Below, piece after piece: positions 36,762 to 45,843 of a stretch of DNA of 64,000 nt. The position numbers and the translations under genes were made by a program. The stretch spans positions 1,113,271 through 1,177,270 of the forward strand of contig OY763007.1 of the NCBI GenBank assembly GCA_963667115.1, read 5' to 3'. The DNA comes from Nitrospirales bacterium. Lineage in GTDB: Bacteria > Nitrospirota > Nitrospiria > Nitrospirales > UBA8639. The notes below the pieces were generated by a model. That model was not told where the DNA came from. It saw only the letters and a list, made by a program, of their open reading frames with translations, and ran no database searches. Numbering within the stretch: position 1 is the first letter of the stretch; the number at the start of each line of letters is the position of its first letter.

Positions 36762-38246
36762 GTGAAACATTCCGCGTTCCGATCTCTCCGGTTCCGGCCG
36801 GCCCACGGGCTACGACGTTCCCTGCCGTTCTTGATCACGTGTCTCGTGCTCTCTCTCTCGCTGGCCACGCAGGTGCCCGGTCAGGTGGACACGGTTGAGC
36901 AACTGGCGTACCCCCCTCTGCCGGATCTTCACATTCCCCAACCGACCCGGGTCGTCCTGGACAACGGCATGGTGGTGTTTCTCCTGGAAGATCACGAACT
37001 CCCGACCGTTCACGTTTCGGCGCGCATCAGGACCGGCTCCCGCCTGGAACCGGCCGACAAGGTGGGATTGGCCTCGCTCACGGGGACCGTCATGCGAAGC
37101 GGGGGCACGGCAACGCGCACCGGAGACAGGCTTGATGACTACCTGGAACGCAAAGCCGCTTCCATTGAAACCGGCATCGGCGTGACCGCGGGCTCGGCCT
37201 CGATGACGTGTTTGAGCGAAGACTTTCCCGAAGTCTTTGCCGTCTTCGGCGACGTCCTGCGAAACCCACGATTCGATCCGGGGAAACTGGCCATCGCCAA
37301 AAACCAGGTCATGGCGGGTATTGCCAGGCAAAATGACGACCCCGACAGCATTCTGTCACGAGAATTTGCGAAGTTGGTATACGGCAAGGATTCACCCTAT
37401 GCCCGGGTCGAGTCCTATGCCACCATCAACAGTATTTCCCGACAGGATCTTATCGATTGGCATGCGAAATATTTTACCCCGAATCGCATCATCCTGGGAC
37501 TGGTCGGGGATTTTCAAACGGAGCAGGCGCTAGACATGGTGAAACGTACGTTCGGGACGTGGCCACAAGGGGAGAGATTTGACGACCCGATTGTCCCCTA
37601 CCAGCCTTCCACGACCAGAAAGGTCTATTACGTGGAAAAATCCGACATGACCCAAGCCAAGATTGTCATTGGACATTTGGGTCTCATGCGCAACCATCCG
37701 GACTACCATCCGGTGGTTATCATCAACCAAATACTATCCGGCTCTTTCGGTTCCCGGCTCTTTTCCAGTATTCGTTCTCAAAAAGGGTTGGCCTATGACG
37801 TAAACGGTGGGGTCGGGTTCGGGTGGGATTATCCGGCAACCGCCAGTTTTTCAATGTCCACCAAAACGGTCACCACACAGGCGGGTATTGACGCCTTATT
37901 GGAGGAAGCCCGTAAAATCATGGAGACGGAACCCCCAACTGAAAAAGAAATCAACAAGGCTAAGGCCAGTCTCCTGAATTCTTTTGTCTTTTCAGTCGAT
38001 TCTCCAGGGAAAGTTCTTGGGAAATTTCTCACCTATGAATATTTCGGGTATCCTGCTGATTGGCTCGTCAGATTCAGAACAGGCATCGAACAAGCGACCG
38101 GATCACAAGTTCGGAAAGCGGCTCACACGCACATCAAACCGGACCAGTTCGTGATCTTCATCATGGGGCCCCGCCAAGGCACGGCACCTGCCTTGGCGCG
38201 ATATGAAACAGTCGAAGAACTCGACATTTCCATCCCTGAATCGTAA
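36762..38246 (+). CDS. M16 family peptidase-like protein (second subunit, no HxxEH seen)
   Basis: A GTG start 2 nt after the upstream stop, a signal peptide and M16 domain architecture without the zinc motif. Confidence 0.85.
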   Translation: MKHSAFRSLRFRPAHGLRRSLPFLITCLVLSLSLATQVPGQVDTVEQLAYPPLPDLHIPQPTRVVLDNGMVVFLLEDHELPTVHVSARIRTGSRLEPADKVGLASLTGTVMRSGGTATRTGDRLDDYLERKAASIETGIGVTAGSASMTCLSEDFPEVFAVFGDVLRNPRFDPGKLAIAKNQVMAGIARQNDDPDSILSREFAKLVYGKDSPYARVESYATINSISRQDLIDWHAKYFTPNRIILGLVGDFQTEQALDMVKRTFGTWPQGERFDDPIVPYQPSTTRKVYYVEKSDMTQAKIVIGHLGLMRNHPDYHPVVIINQILSGSFGSRLFSSIRSQKGLAYDVNGGVGFGWDYPATASFSMSTKTVTTQAGIDALLEEARKIMETEPPTEKEINKAKASLLNSFVFSVDSPGKVLGKFLTYEYFGYPADWLVRFRTGIEQATGSQVRKAAHTHIKPDQFVIFIMGPRQGTAPALARYETVEELDISIPES

Positions 38247-38288
38247 TAATAGACGACTTCACACATTGAGTCAGGCAAAGGAACGCTG

Positions 38289-39128
38289 ATGTACTTCCGA
38301 AAGACGGCCAAACGCGCGATCCGAACACTGACCCTGTTTCTTGTCTTCATCAACGTTGCGGGGTGTGCGACCAACCCGTACACGAACCGGTCGCAGTTTC
38401 TGCTGATCCCGGAAAGTCAGGAAGTCCACATGGGCAACCAGGCCTACGCCCAAGCCATCAATGATCCAAAAGTCGCCATCTCCAAGAACCCGGCCGAAGT
38501 GGAACCCGTGACGCGCGTGGCCGAACGGATTATTGCCGCGGCCAAACAATCCAAATACGCCGAACGCGCGAAGTCGTTTCAATGGGAAGTCACGGTGATC
38601 AAGAATGACAAGACCAAAAATGCCTGGGCCCTGCCCGGCGGCAAAATCGCCGTGTACACCGGCATTTTCCCTGAGGCGAAAAACGAAAACGGATTGGCGG
38701 CGATCATGGGACATGAAGTGGTTCACGCCTTGGCCCGGCATGGCGCCGAACGAGTCAGCCAGCATACGGCGGCCAACTTGGGGATGCAGATCGCCGCGGC
38801 AGCCTTGGACATGAAGCCCATTGCTCAGACACTGGCCATGCAGGCGTTGGGGACCGGCGTCTTACTGCCCTTCAGTCGGGGTCATGAATCGGAAGCGGAC
38901 TATATCGGGTTACTCCTGGCCGCCGATGCCGGATACGATCCAAGGGAAGCCGTGCTGCTATGGGAACGCATGGCCGAGTCTTCTAAGGGCGGCCACCCGG
39001 AATTTCTGTCCACTCATCCTGCCCACGACACGCGCATTCAAGACCTTCGGAAATGGATGCCCGAGGCCATGGCGCGTTACGAACGTGCCCCGAAAGCACC
39101 TGCCTCAACCCTTCCCTCCATTGAATAA
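38289..39128 (+). CDS. M48-family metallopeptidase lipoprotein
   Basis: Lipobox NVAGC, HEVVHALARHGAE (HExxH) and downstream ...ESEADYIGL. Confidence 0.85.
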   Translation: MYFRKTAKRAIRTLTLFLVFINVAGCATNPYTNRSQFLLIPESQEVHMGNQAYAQAINDPKVAISKNPAEVEPVTRVAERIIAAAKQSKYAERAKSFQWEVTVIKNDKTKNAWALPGGKIAVYTGIFPEAKNENGLAAIMGHEVVHALARHGAERVSQHTAANLGMQIAAAALDMKPIAQTLAMQALGTGVLLPFSRGHESEADYIGLLLAADAGYDPREAVLLWERMAESSKGGHPEFLSTHPAHDTRIQDLRKWMPEAMARYERAPKAPASTLPSIE

Positions 39129-39655
39129 CACTGTTCCGGTCTGGTGTAATTCGAAACGACATGGAGGATTATCGATGAATCAGATAGCACGTCGTTCGAT
39201 TGCACCGGTTTTCATGATGATCGTCCTGCTCGCGATCACGGACGCGGGCGCTGCAGAGATAACCGCTCGCCAGGGATTCTATGTCGGCGCGGACATAGGA
39301 GTCTCCGTCCCGAACGATCTCGAGTCCACTCGCACGAATAACGGCATTGAGACAAACTGCGATCAATGGTTGGGGACGGACACGCTGAATGACGGCAGGA
39401 CAGTCCCATTTCCACTGGAGCAATGTTCACCCTCAGCCCTGCCAAAAAAAACAACCGGTTTTGATCTTGGCACGGGTGTTCTGGCCGGGGTCAACTTAGG
39501 CTATGCCTTGGACGACTTTCGACTTGAAGCCGAGTACTTTCGTCGCGAGCAAAGCGGTGAACGTTCAGCACTCAACGTTCCCGGCGATCCCAAACAAGCC
39601 GAATTTGTCGAACGAAGTGAAAAAATCAGCGATTTCCGCGCCGATAATTTTTTTG

Positions 39656-40490
39656 GGTAATTAGGGCGTTTCGTAACCAATGTGTGGTAGAAAACCAGCA
39701 TGGTTACAGGACGACATACGGTTTTTAGTTGTGCGGCCAACTTTCTGCGCGGTCGCAAGTGCATTTTCTGCGGTTCCTTTCAGGTCTTGCACACCAGCCG
39801 CGGCTACGTGAAATGTGGGCGTTGCGGGAAAAGCAAGAGCCTCCGGCGGCTGCGCCGGGAGATCCGGATCCTGCAAGGCTTTTATCAATTGCAACCCGCC
39901 TATCGGTTGAGCCAGGATCTGAGCCTGGACCTGAAAGTCGTCACCCGCGTCTATCACCGTGTGCGCGAAGCGTTGTATCATGTCACTGAACTGGAAGCCG
40001 GCAAACTGAAGGGCGAGATCGAACTCGATGAGGCCTATTTCGGTGGCCGGCGCAAAGGCCAACGGGGCCGCGCCCCCGCGGGCAAAAGCGTCGTCTTCGG
40101 GATCCTGGAGCGGGACGGCCGCGTGTATACGAAAGTCGTCGAGTCGGTCAGTGCGGAGGAATTGATGCGGCATATTCAAGCGCACACCCGAAAAGGGTCG
40201 GTCTATTTCACGGATGCCTTTCGCGGGTATCAATCCTTAAAACGCTATGGCCACCATCATACGGTCAATCATGCGAAAGCGTTGGTGAGCCCGCGGACGA
40301 AGAATCACATTAACGGCATTGAAGGCTTTTGGAGTTACGCCAAACATATCTTGTATCAGTATCGCGGGGTCTCGAAATATCATTGCCCCATGTATCTGAA
40401 AGAAGTAGAGTATCGCTTTAATCACCGTCGGGAGAATGTGTTTAAACAGTTTCTGAAGATCTATTTTGGTTACGTTTCGCCCTAATTACC
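39656..40490 (+). mobile_element. IS1595-family insertion sequence, copy 2 (inverted relative to copy 1)
   Basis: Same 835-bp element and TIRs as copy 1. The 8-bp target duplication TTTTTTTG lies at 39648-39655 and 40491-40498. Confidence 0.85.
39700..40485 (+). CDS. IS1595-family transposase
   Basis: 261 aa, differing from copy 1 at two residues in the translations (L/I and I/S). Confidence 0.9.
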   Translation: MVTGRHTVFSCAANFLRGRKCIFCGSFQVLHTSRGYVKCGRCGKSKSLRRLRREIRILQGFYQLQPAYRLSQDLSLDLKVVTRVYHRVREALYHVTELEAGKLKGEIELDEAYFGGRRKGQRGRAPAGKSVVFGILERDGRVYTKVVESVSAEELMRHIQAHTRKGSVYFTDAFRGYQSLKRYGHHHTVNHAKALVSPRTKNHINGIEGFWSYAKHILYQYRGVSKYHCPMYLKEVEYRFNHRRENVFKQFLKIYFGYVSP

Positions 40491-41048
40491 TTTTTTTGCC
40501 AACGTCTACTATGATTTTCACGATATGCTATCGACCAAGTTCACTCCCTACCTGGGTGTCGGGTTAGGGCTCATGCACGTGCAAATGGATTATTCGGGAA
40601 CGTCCATCCGAACAAATAACCGAGAGACACTCCACACATTGGGCCGCAATAGCAACGCGGCAGGGCTGGCCTCGTTAGCCGACGAAGTACTGTCCGACAC
40701 GTTGTTCGGGTACCAATGGATAGCACGCCTGGATTACGCATGGAGTCAACGATTTTCAATAGGATTGAAATTCCGCTACGGTGACTCCTTCAGTGATTTC
40801 GAGGACGGCGATCATGCATGGAAGCCATTGAGGGGCCACGCTTCCACGGTGGGACCACCCGGAACCACGGGCGGCAATCTGCCCATTCGTTATGATATTC
40901 AAGCCGATGATTTGAGCTTCTGGGGCATTTCGTTGAATCTCAAGTACTTTTTTGACATGTAAATCCCTTCCGCAGCACTCGCTGGGCGCGGGACCGCTTC
41001 CAAAAGAAGCGATGATTTCTTTGGGATTCATGCTTTTTAAAAGACCTG

Positions 41049-41077
41049 TTGAAAGCCTACTATAATGGTCCTATAAT
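41049..41077 (+). promoter_or_regulatory. Putative promoter of the phd/parE-like module
   Basis: TTGAAA (41049-41054), a 17-nt spacer and TATAAT (41072-41077). A CTATAAT direct repeat overlaps it, and CAGGAGG precedes the ATG at 41115. Confidence 0.45.
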
Positions 41078-41114
41078 AAGCCTTCTTTCGATCATCTCAT
41101 CAGGAGGCTGAATC

Positions 41115-41384
41115 ATGGCCGTGAAGTTCTCTCAGGACGTCGTGCCGTTGACAAATCTGAAGACCAATCCCGGCCGCGTAGTGAAACAGGTAGCCGAAAC
41201 GCACCGCCCGGTGCTACTGACCAGCCGAGGACGAGGCGTCGCAATCGTCCAATCCGTCACCGAATTTGAGAGTGCCGAGGAGGAACGGGCCTTCATGCGG
41301 GCCGTGGTTGAAGGACTCTCCGATCTTGAGAGAGGCCATGAAGTATCGCTGCACAAAGTCAAGGCCAAGCTGGGCATCAAGTAA
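41115..41384 (+). CDS. Phd/YefM-family antitoxin
   Basis: ...PLTNLKTNPGRVVKQVAETHRPVLLTSRGRGVAIVQSV..FE. Confidence 0.85.
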   Translation: MAVKFSQDVVPLTNLKTNPGRVVKQVAETHRPVLLTSRGRGVAIVQSVTEFESAEEERAFMRAVVEGLSDLERGHEVSLHKVKAKLGIK

Positions 41385-41387
41385 CGC

Positions 41388-41702
41388 ATGCCCGTCCAGG
41401 TCCGCTTTGCCAAATCCGCGTTGACCGACCTCCAGACCATCCAAACTTGGTACGCCGAACAGGGAGTGCCGGATGTAGGCGCTCGTCTGGTTGGCGACAT
41501 CGTCAAACGGATTGAACGCCTTGCCGATCATCCCGACGTGGGGCGTGTCGTTCCGGAATTCGGTCAAACCGTTTTGAGAGAAATCATCTACCCCCCGTTT
41601 CGCATCGTGTATCGGCGCGATCCAAATACCGTGCGGATTGTGCGTATATGGCGCAGTGAACGCCAGCTTCGGCTGACGGAACACAAAGACAAACCAACGT
41701 AA
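41388..41702 (+). CDS. ParE/RelE-family toxin
   Basis: ...A..DL..I..Y......VG.RLV..I...IE.LADHP..GR.VPEF......REIIY.PFRIVYR......V.IVRIWRSER. Confidence 0.85.
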   Translation: MPVQVRFAKSALTDLQTIQTWYAEQGVPDVGARLVGDIVKRIERLADHPDVGRVVPEFGQTVLREIIYPPFRIVYRRDPNTVRIVRIWRSERQLRLTEHKDKPT

Positions 41703-41721
41703 CCCAAATCACGAATCCACG

Positions 41722-42747
41722 TTGACACGTTTCCTATCAATTCTCATTTCTTGTCTGACCCTCTCGGCTTGCGGAGGAAGCGGCGAACCGGTCGTCGAGA
41801 TTGCGTCGCACCCGACCAAGCCCAACCTGCTCTACATCGCCACAAACGATTACATCTACAAGACACGTGATGCAGGCAAAACCTGGAAAAACGTGTCAAA
41901 AGGCATGACTCATTCTCGCGTGATTTCGCTTGCCGTCGATCCCCTGCTTCCCGCCAACGTGTACGCCGGCACCAAAGGCGATGCGGTCTTTAAAAGCTTC
42001 AACGGCGGCCACCAGTGGATATCGCAACGCAAGGGCCTGGAAGGGGTGACCATTACCTCGGTGGTCCACGAAATCAAATTCGTTCCGGGATCGAGCCAAC
42101 ATATTTTTGCCGCAACGTCGATGGGAGTCTTCGAAACGGACAATACCGGAGAAACCTGGGCCAAACGCATGGACGGCATGATCGAAGTCCTCATGGTCGT
42201 CACCATCGACGTCGACCCCAACCAGCCGCAGACCCTGTATGCCGGCACCAGCGGGGGAGTCTATCGGTCTCTCAACGGAGCCAAAACCTGGACAAAAGTC
42301 AACAACGGCCTGGTGCCGCCAGACGTGTTGAAATCGTCCCGCGCACTCAGCGTGGTCAAAATCAAGATCAACCCGCATGCGCCCCACACCGTGTATACGG
42401 CCACATTGAAAGGACTCTATAAAACCACCGATGGCGGAGAATCCTGGCAACGGATCGGTGAAGCCCTGCCCGACCAATTTTTCAGCGACCTCATTCTCGA
42501 CCCGAGGACCCCGGGAGTCGTCTTTGTGGCCAGCCGAGCCGGAGTCCATACAAGCCGGGACGGTGGCCGAACCTGGGACGCGGTGAATGAAGGGTTGACC
42601 AATCTGAATATTCGGGCTTTAGTCATCAGTCCGACGGATCCTTCGACCTTGTACGTCGGGACGAATCGAGCCGGTCTTTTCAGGACGAACAACGGGGGCC
42701 GGTTATGGGAGCCCGTTCCGTTGATCCCTGTCCCCCAGCGTTCATGA
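41722..42747 (+). CDS. BNR/Asp-box repeat beta-propeller lipoprotein (Ycf48/sialidase-like fold)
   Basis: TTG start and lipobox LSAC. Seven SxDxGxTW-type boxes are present (TRDAGKTW, SFNGGHQW, TDNTGETW, SLNGAKTW, TTDGGESW, SRDGGRTW, TNNGGRLW). Confidence 0.75.
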   Translation: MTRFLSILISCLTLSACGGSGEPVVEIASHPTKPNLLYIATNDYIYKTRDAGKTWKNVSKGMTHSRVISLAVDPLLPANVYAGTKGDAVFKSFNGGHQWISQRKGLEGVTITSVVHEIKFVPGSSQHIFAATSMGVFETDNTGETWAKRMDGMIEVLMVVTIDVDPNQPQTLYAGTSGGVYRSLNGAKTWTKVNNGLVPPDVLKSSRALSVVKIKINPHAPHTVYTATLKGLYKTTDGGESWQRIGEALPDQFFSDLILDPRTPGVVFVASRAGVHTSRDGGRTWDAVNEGLTNLNIRALVISPTDPSTLYVGTNRAGLFRTNNGGRLWEPVPLIPVPQRS

Positions 42748-42890
42748 GAATGTAAAGACGCGCCTTATGCGATCAAGAAAAAGCGCCATGCGATGGCGCG
42801 GCTACAAGGGCCCCTCTTGCAGGGGGTCCGGCACTGTACTATAGTAATTGCAAGGGGACGACGATCTTCAAAGACGTGCCCACCTCAATC

Positions 42891-43901
42891 ATGGACATCA
42901 CCCGTCGCAAATTGTTTCAACTGAGCAGCCTGGGAACCCTGGCAGGCCTCGGCAGCCTCACCAGCGGGTGCGACCTTGGCAGCATGTTTGCAGTCCCCTC
43001 AAGAGAAACACGGTATTTCACGCCCAATGACAAATTTTATACCGTCAATTATATGGACTCTCCGTACAACCTCTCGCGCGATGTCGACCAGGAGCAATGG
43101 CAAATGGTGGTCAAAGGCGCAGTCGCCAACCACATGGTGCTCACGTGGCGAGACATCCTGAATCGCAAACCGTTCGACCAGGTTTCCACGCTCATCTGCA
43201 TCGATACCCTCCCGGGAGGGACGAGTCTGGGTAATGCGATTTGGCGGGGGATTTCTCTGAAAGAGTTACTCGTCGAAGCCGGTGCCGACCCTGAAACCGC
43301 ACGGGACGTCATTTTTCGAGGAGCCGACGCCTATCATGACAGCATTCCCTTTGAACGGGCCATGCACGATGAAGTGATGTTGGCCTATCTCATGAACGGG
43401 GAAAAACTCCCGAAGGCCCATGGATTTCCGCTCCGTCTGATCGTGCCCGGGTTATACGGCATCAAGAACGTCAAATGGATTACGGAAATTGAAGTGTACA
43501 ACGGCGACTATCAGGGATATTGGCAACGCAAAGGATGGACCGACGAGGGGACGATCCATGTTTTTTCCCGAATCGATAGTCCGGGACATTATCAGGACGT
43601 CCGCGGGCCAAACGTGCAGTTCCGCGGCGTTGCATTCGGCGGGCCCAATTCCATCAAACAGGTGCAACTGAGTTTCGATCAGGAGAAAACCTGGAGCGAA
43701 GCCACCATCGAACCACCCCACTCCCCCTGGTCCTGGGTGGTCTGGAACTATCAGCGGCCCGATATGCCGGACGGCAAGAGCATGGTCTCCGTTCGCGCTG
43801 TCGATACCACCGGCACCGTGCAAACCTCAGCCATCACTCGCCCCCAACCCAACGGCGCCACGGGCCTGCACAGCATCGTGGTGAACGTGTTCAAGGCCTG
43901 A
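42891..43901 (+). CDS. Tat-exported molybdopterin oxidoreductase (sulfite oxidase/SorA-like), probable lipoprotein
   Basis: Twin-arginine signal MDITRRKLFQL...LTSGC, an Oxidored_molyb-like core (...GFPLRLIVPGLYGIKNVKW...) and a dimerisation-like C-terminus. Confidence 0.8.
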   Translation: MDITRRKLFQLSSLGTLAGLGSLTSGCDLGSMFAVPSRETRYFTPNDKFYTVNYMDSPYNLSRDVDQEQWQMVVKGAVANHMVLTWRDILNRKPFDQVSTLICIDTLPGGTSLGNAIWRGISLKELLVEAGADPETARDVIFRGADAYHDSIPFERAMHDEVMLAYLMNGEKLPKAHGFPLRLIVPGLYGIKNVKWITEIEVYNGDYQGYWQRKGWTDEGTIHVFSRIDSPGHYQDVRGPNVQFRGVAFGGPNSIKQVQLSFDQEKTWSEATIEPPHSPWSWVVWNYQRPDMPDGKSMVSVRAVDTTGTVQTSAITRPQPNGATGLHSIVVNVFKA

Positions 43902-43930
43902 GAAACTGGCTCCGCGCCGCTACGCGGTGC

Positions 43931-44076
43931 AAAGAACCTCTGATTTAATGTGATAGTGGGATGCAGGGCAAGGCGTCCCGCAGCGAAACCCGAGGCTTAT
44001 CAGATAGATAGGCGAGGGGTGAGCGAGGACACAACGCCGCCATGCGCCCGATAGTGCAATAAAGCAGAGGTTCTTT
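43931..44076. other. 146-nt element closed by a perfect 12-bp inverted repeat (candidate structured RNA, MITE or bidirectional terminator)
   Basis: AAAGAACCTCTG (43931-43942) pairs with CAGAGGTTCTTT (44065-44076). There is an internal GGGATGC/GCGTCCC hairpin and a GATAGTG direct repeat. The element lies between convergent gene ends. Confidence 0.35.
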
Positions 44077-45835
44077 AAATTTCAACGTCGAGTTTGATGC
44101 CGAGTTCTTTGAGTTGGGTCTGCCCCACGTCCGACGGTGCTTCGGTCATCAGGCATTGAACTTTTTGCGTTTTGGGGAAGGGAATCACTTCTCGAATGGA
44201 CTCGGTTTTCCCGAGCAACATGATCAGGCGATCCAGGCCCAGGGCAATCCCACCGTGGGGAGGGGCGCCATACTCCAGCGCGTCCAGCAAAAACCCGAAC
44301 TTTTCCTGAGCGGCCTCCTTGGAAATCCCCAGCAGGTTGAATACCTTGTGCTGCAACTCACTCCCGTGGATACGAATACTGCCCCCGCCGATTTCAAACC
44401 CGTTGAGGACCACGTCATAAGCTTGCGCGTGAACGTCCAACGGGGCGGAATCCAGATTGGGAAGATCATCCATACGAGGCGACGTAAAGGGATGATGCAG
44501 CGCCACGTACCGTTGTTCCGCGGCATCGTATTCGAACATGGGAAAATCCGTCACCCAGAGCGGCTCCCATTTGTCATGTTCGATCAACTCCAATTCGACG
44601 CCAAGGTATGATCGAAGCCGGCCCAACACCTCATACGTCACGGCCGGTTTGTCCGCGACAAACAGCATGAGATCACCAGGCCCGGCGTCCGGAAGCGCTT
44701 GTTGAAACAGCTTGGCATCAAGGAACTTGGCAATGGTCGATTCAAGCTCCCACTCTTGGGTAATCTTGACCCACGCGAGGCCTTTGGCCCCAAACTCTTT
44801 GGCGACTTCAATGAGCCGGTCGATCCGGCTGCGCGCAATGTCCGCGCCGCCTTTGACCACGAGACCGGAAACCTGCCCACCTTTCTCGACCGTATCTCGA
44901 AACACCTTAAACTCCACGTGTTTGGCGACTTCGTTCAAGTCACGAAGTTCCAACCCGAATCGACGATCGGGCTTGTCGGTCCCATAGCGCGACATGGCTT
45001 CCTGATAGGTCAGCCTCGGGAAGGGAGACGGCAAGGAAATACCCGCGGCTTCCTTGCACACGAGTCGCAACAACTCTTCCGTCAGATTCATGACGTCGTC
45101 ACGTTCCACAAACGACATCTCAAGATCGATTTGCGTAAACTCGGGTTGCCGGTCGAGTCGAAGATCTTCATCGCGGAAGCATCGGGCGATCTGAAAATAC
45201 CGGTCGGTTCCGCCGACCATCAGAATCTGTTTGAACAGTTGCGGCGATTGCGGCAAGGCAAAAAAGGCACCCTGATTGACGCGACTCGGCACCAGATAAT
45301 CTCTGGCCCCTTCCGGGGTACTTTTCGTAAGGATCGGGGTCTCAATTTCCAGAAACCGCCGTTCATGGAGAAACTGCCTGGTCCGGTAAGCCACGTCATG
45401 GCGCAACGTGAGTAACCGCTGCATGGGCGGCCTGCGTAAATCCAAATACCGGTGTTTCAAACGAAGGGCTTCCGTGGCCTGACTGTCGTCTTCGATTAAA
45501 AAGGGCGGGGTGTGGGCTCGATTCAACACGTCCAAGGTGCCGACTTGGATTTCGATTTCCCCGGTCGTGATGTGGGGATTTACCGATTCCTCGGGCCTGA
45601 GCCGCACAGTTCCCGTGGCGGCAATCACAAACTCGTTGCGGAGTTCATTGGCCTGCTCATGAATGGCCTTGTCGGCCTCCACGTCAAACACGAGTTGCGT
45701 CACCCCGAACCGGTCACGCACGTCGATAAACAACACGCCCCCGTGATCACGACGGCCATGTACCCATCCCATCAACGTGACGGTGTGGCCATCCTGTTCA
45801 CGCGTTAATTCTCCACAATGGTGTGTCCGCTTCAC
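44075..45835 (-). CDS. aspS: Aspartyl-tRNA synthetase
   Basis: MKRTHHCGELT... OB fold, class II motifs (FFQIARCFRDEDLR, GGGSIRIH, ...GLDRL). Confidence 0.95.
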   Translation of the reverse strand: MKRTHHCGELTREQDGHTVTLMGWVHGRRDHGGVLFIDVRDRFGVTQLVFDVEADKAIHEQANELRNEFVIAATGTVRLRPEESVNPHITTGEIEIQVGTLDVLNRAHTPPFLIEDDSQATEALRLKHRYLDLRRPPMQRLLTLRHDVAYRTRQFLHERRFLEIETPILTKSTPEGARDYLVPSRVNQGAFFALPQSPQLFKQILMVGGTDRYFQIARCFRDEDLRLDRQPEFTQIDLEMSFVERDDVMNLTEELLRLVCKEAAGISLPSPFPRLTYQEAMSRYGTDKPDRRFGLELRDLNEVAKHVEFKVFRDTVEKGGQVSGLVVKGGADIARSRIDRLIEVAKEFGAKGLAWVKITQEWELESTIAKFLDAKLFQQALPDAGPGDLMLFVADKPAVTYEVLGRLRSYLGVELELIEHDKWEPLWVTDFPMFEYDAAEQRYVALHHPFTSPRMDDLPNLDSAPLDVHAQAYDVVLNGFEIGGGSIRIHGSELQHKVFNLLGISKEAAQEKFGFLLDALEYGAPPHGGIALGLDRLIMLLGKTESIREVIPFPKTQKVQCLMTEAPSDVGQTQLKELGIKLDVEI

Positions 45836-45843
45836 CCTGCTGC

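Larger units (their letters stand above)
39175..40962 (+). pseudogene. Outer-membrane beta-barrel protein gene interrupted by IS1595 copy 2
   Basis: The N-terminal part (39175-39655) has a signal peptide and ...YFRREQSG...RADNFF. The C-terminal part (40491-40962) reads ANVYYDFHDMLSTKFTPYLGVGLG...LNLKYFFDM. The two are in frame once the IS and one TSD copy are removed. Confidence 0.75.

Noticed and set aside
11135-40490. The two inverted IS1595 copies could delimit a 29-kb composite transposon or mark a past inversion.
   Set aside because: Each copy is flanked by its own matching 8-bp direct duplication (CTGTACAA and TTTTTTTG). This indicates two independent simple insertions and no recombination between the copies. 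The intervening genes are ordinary housekeeping with backbone composition.
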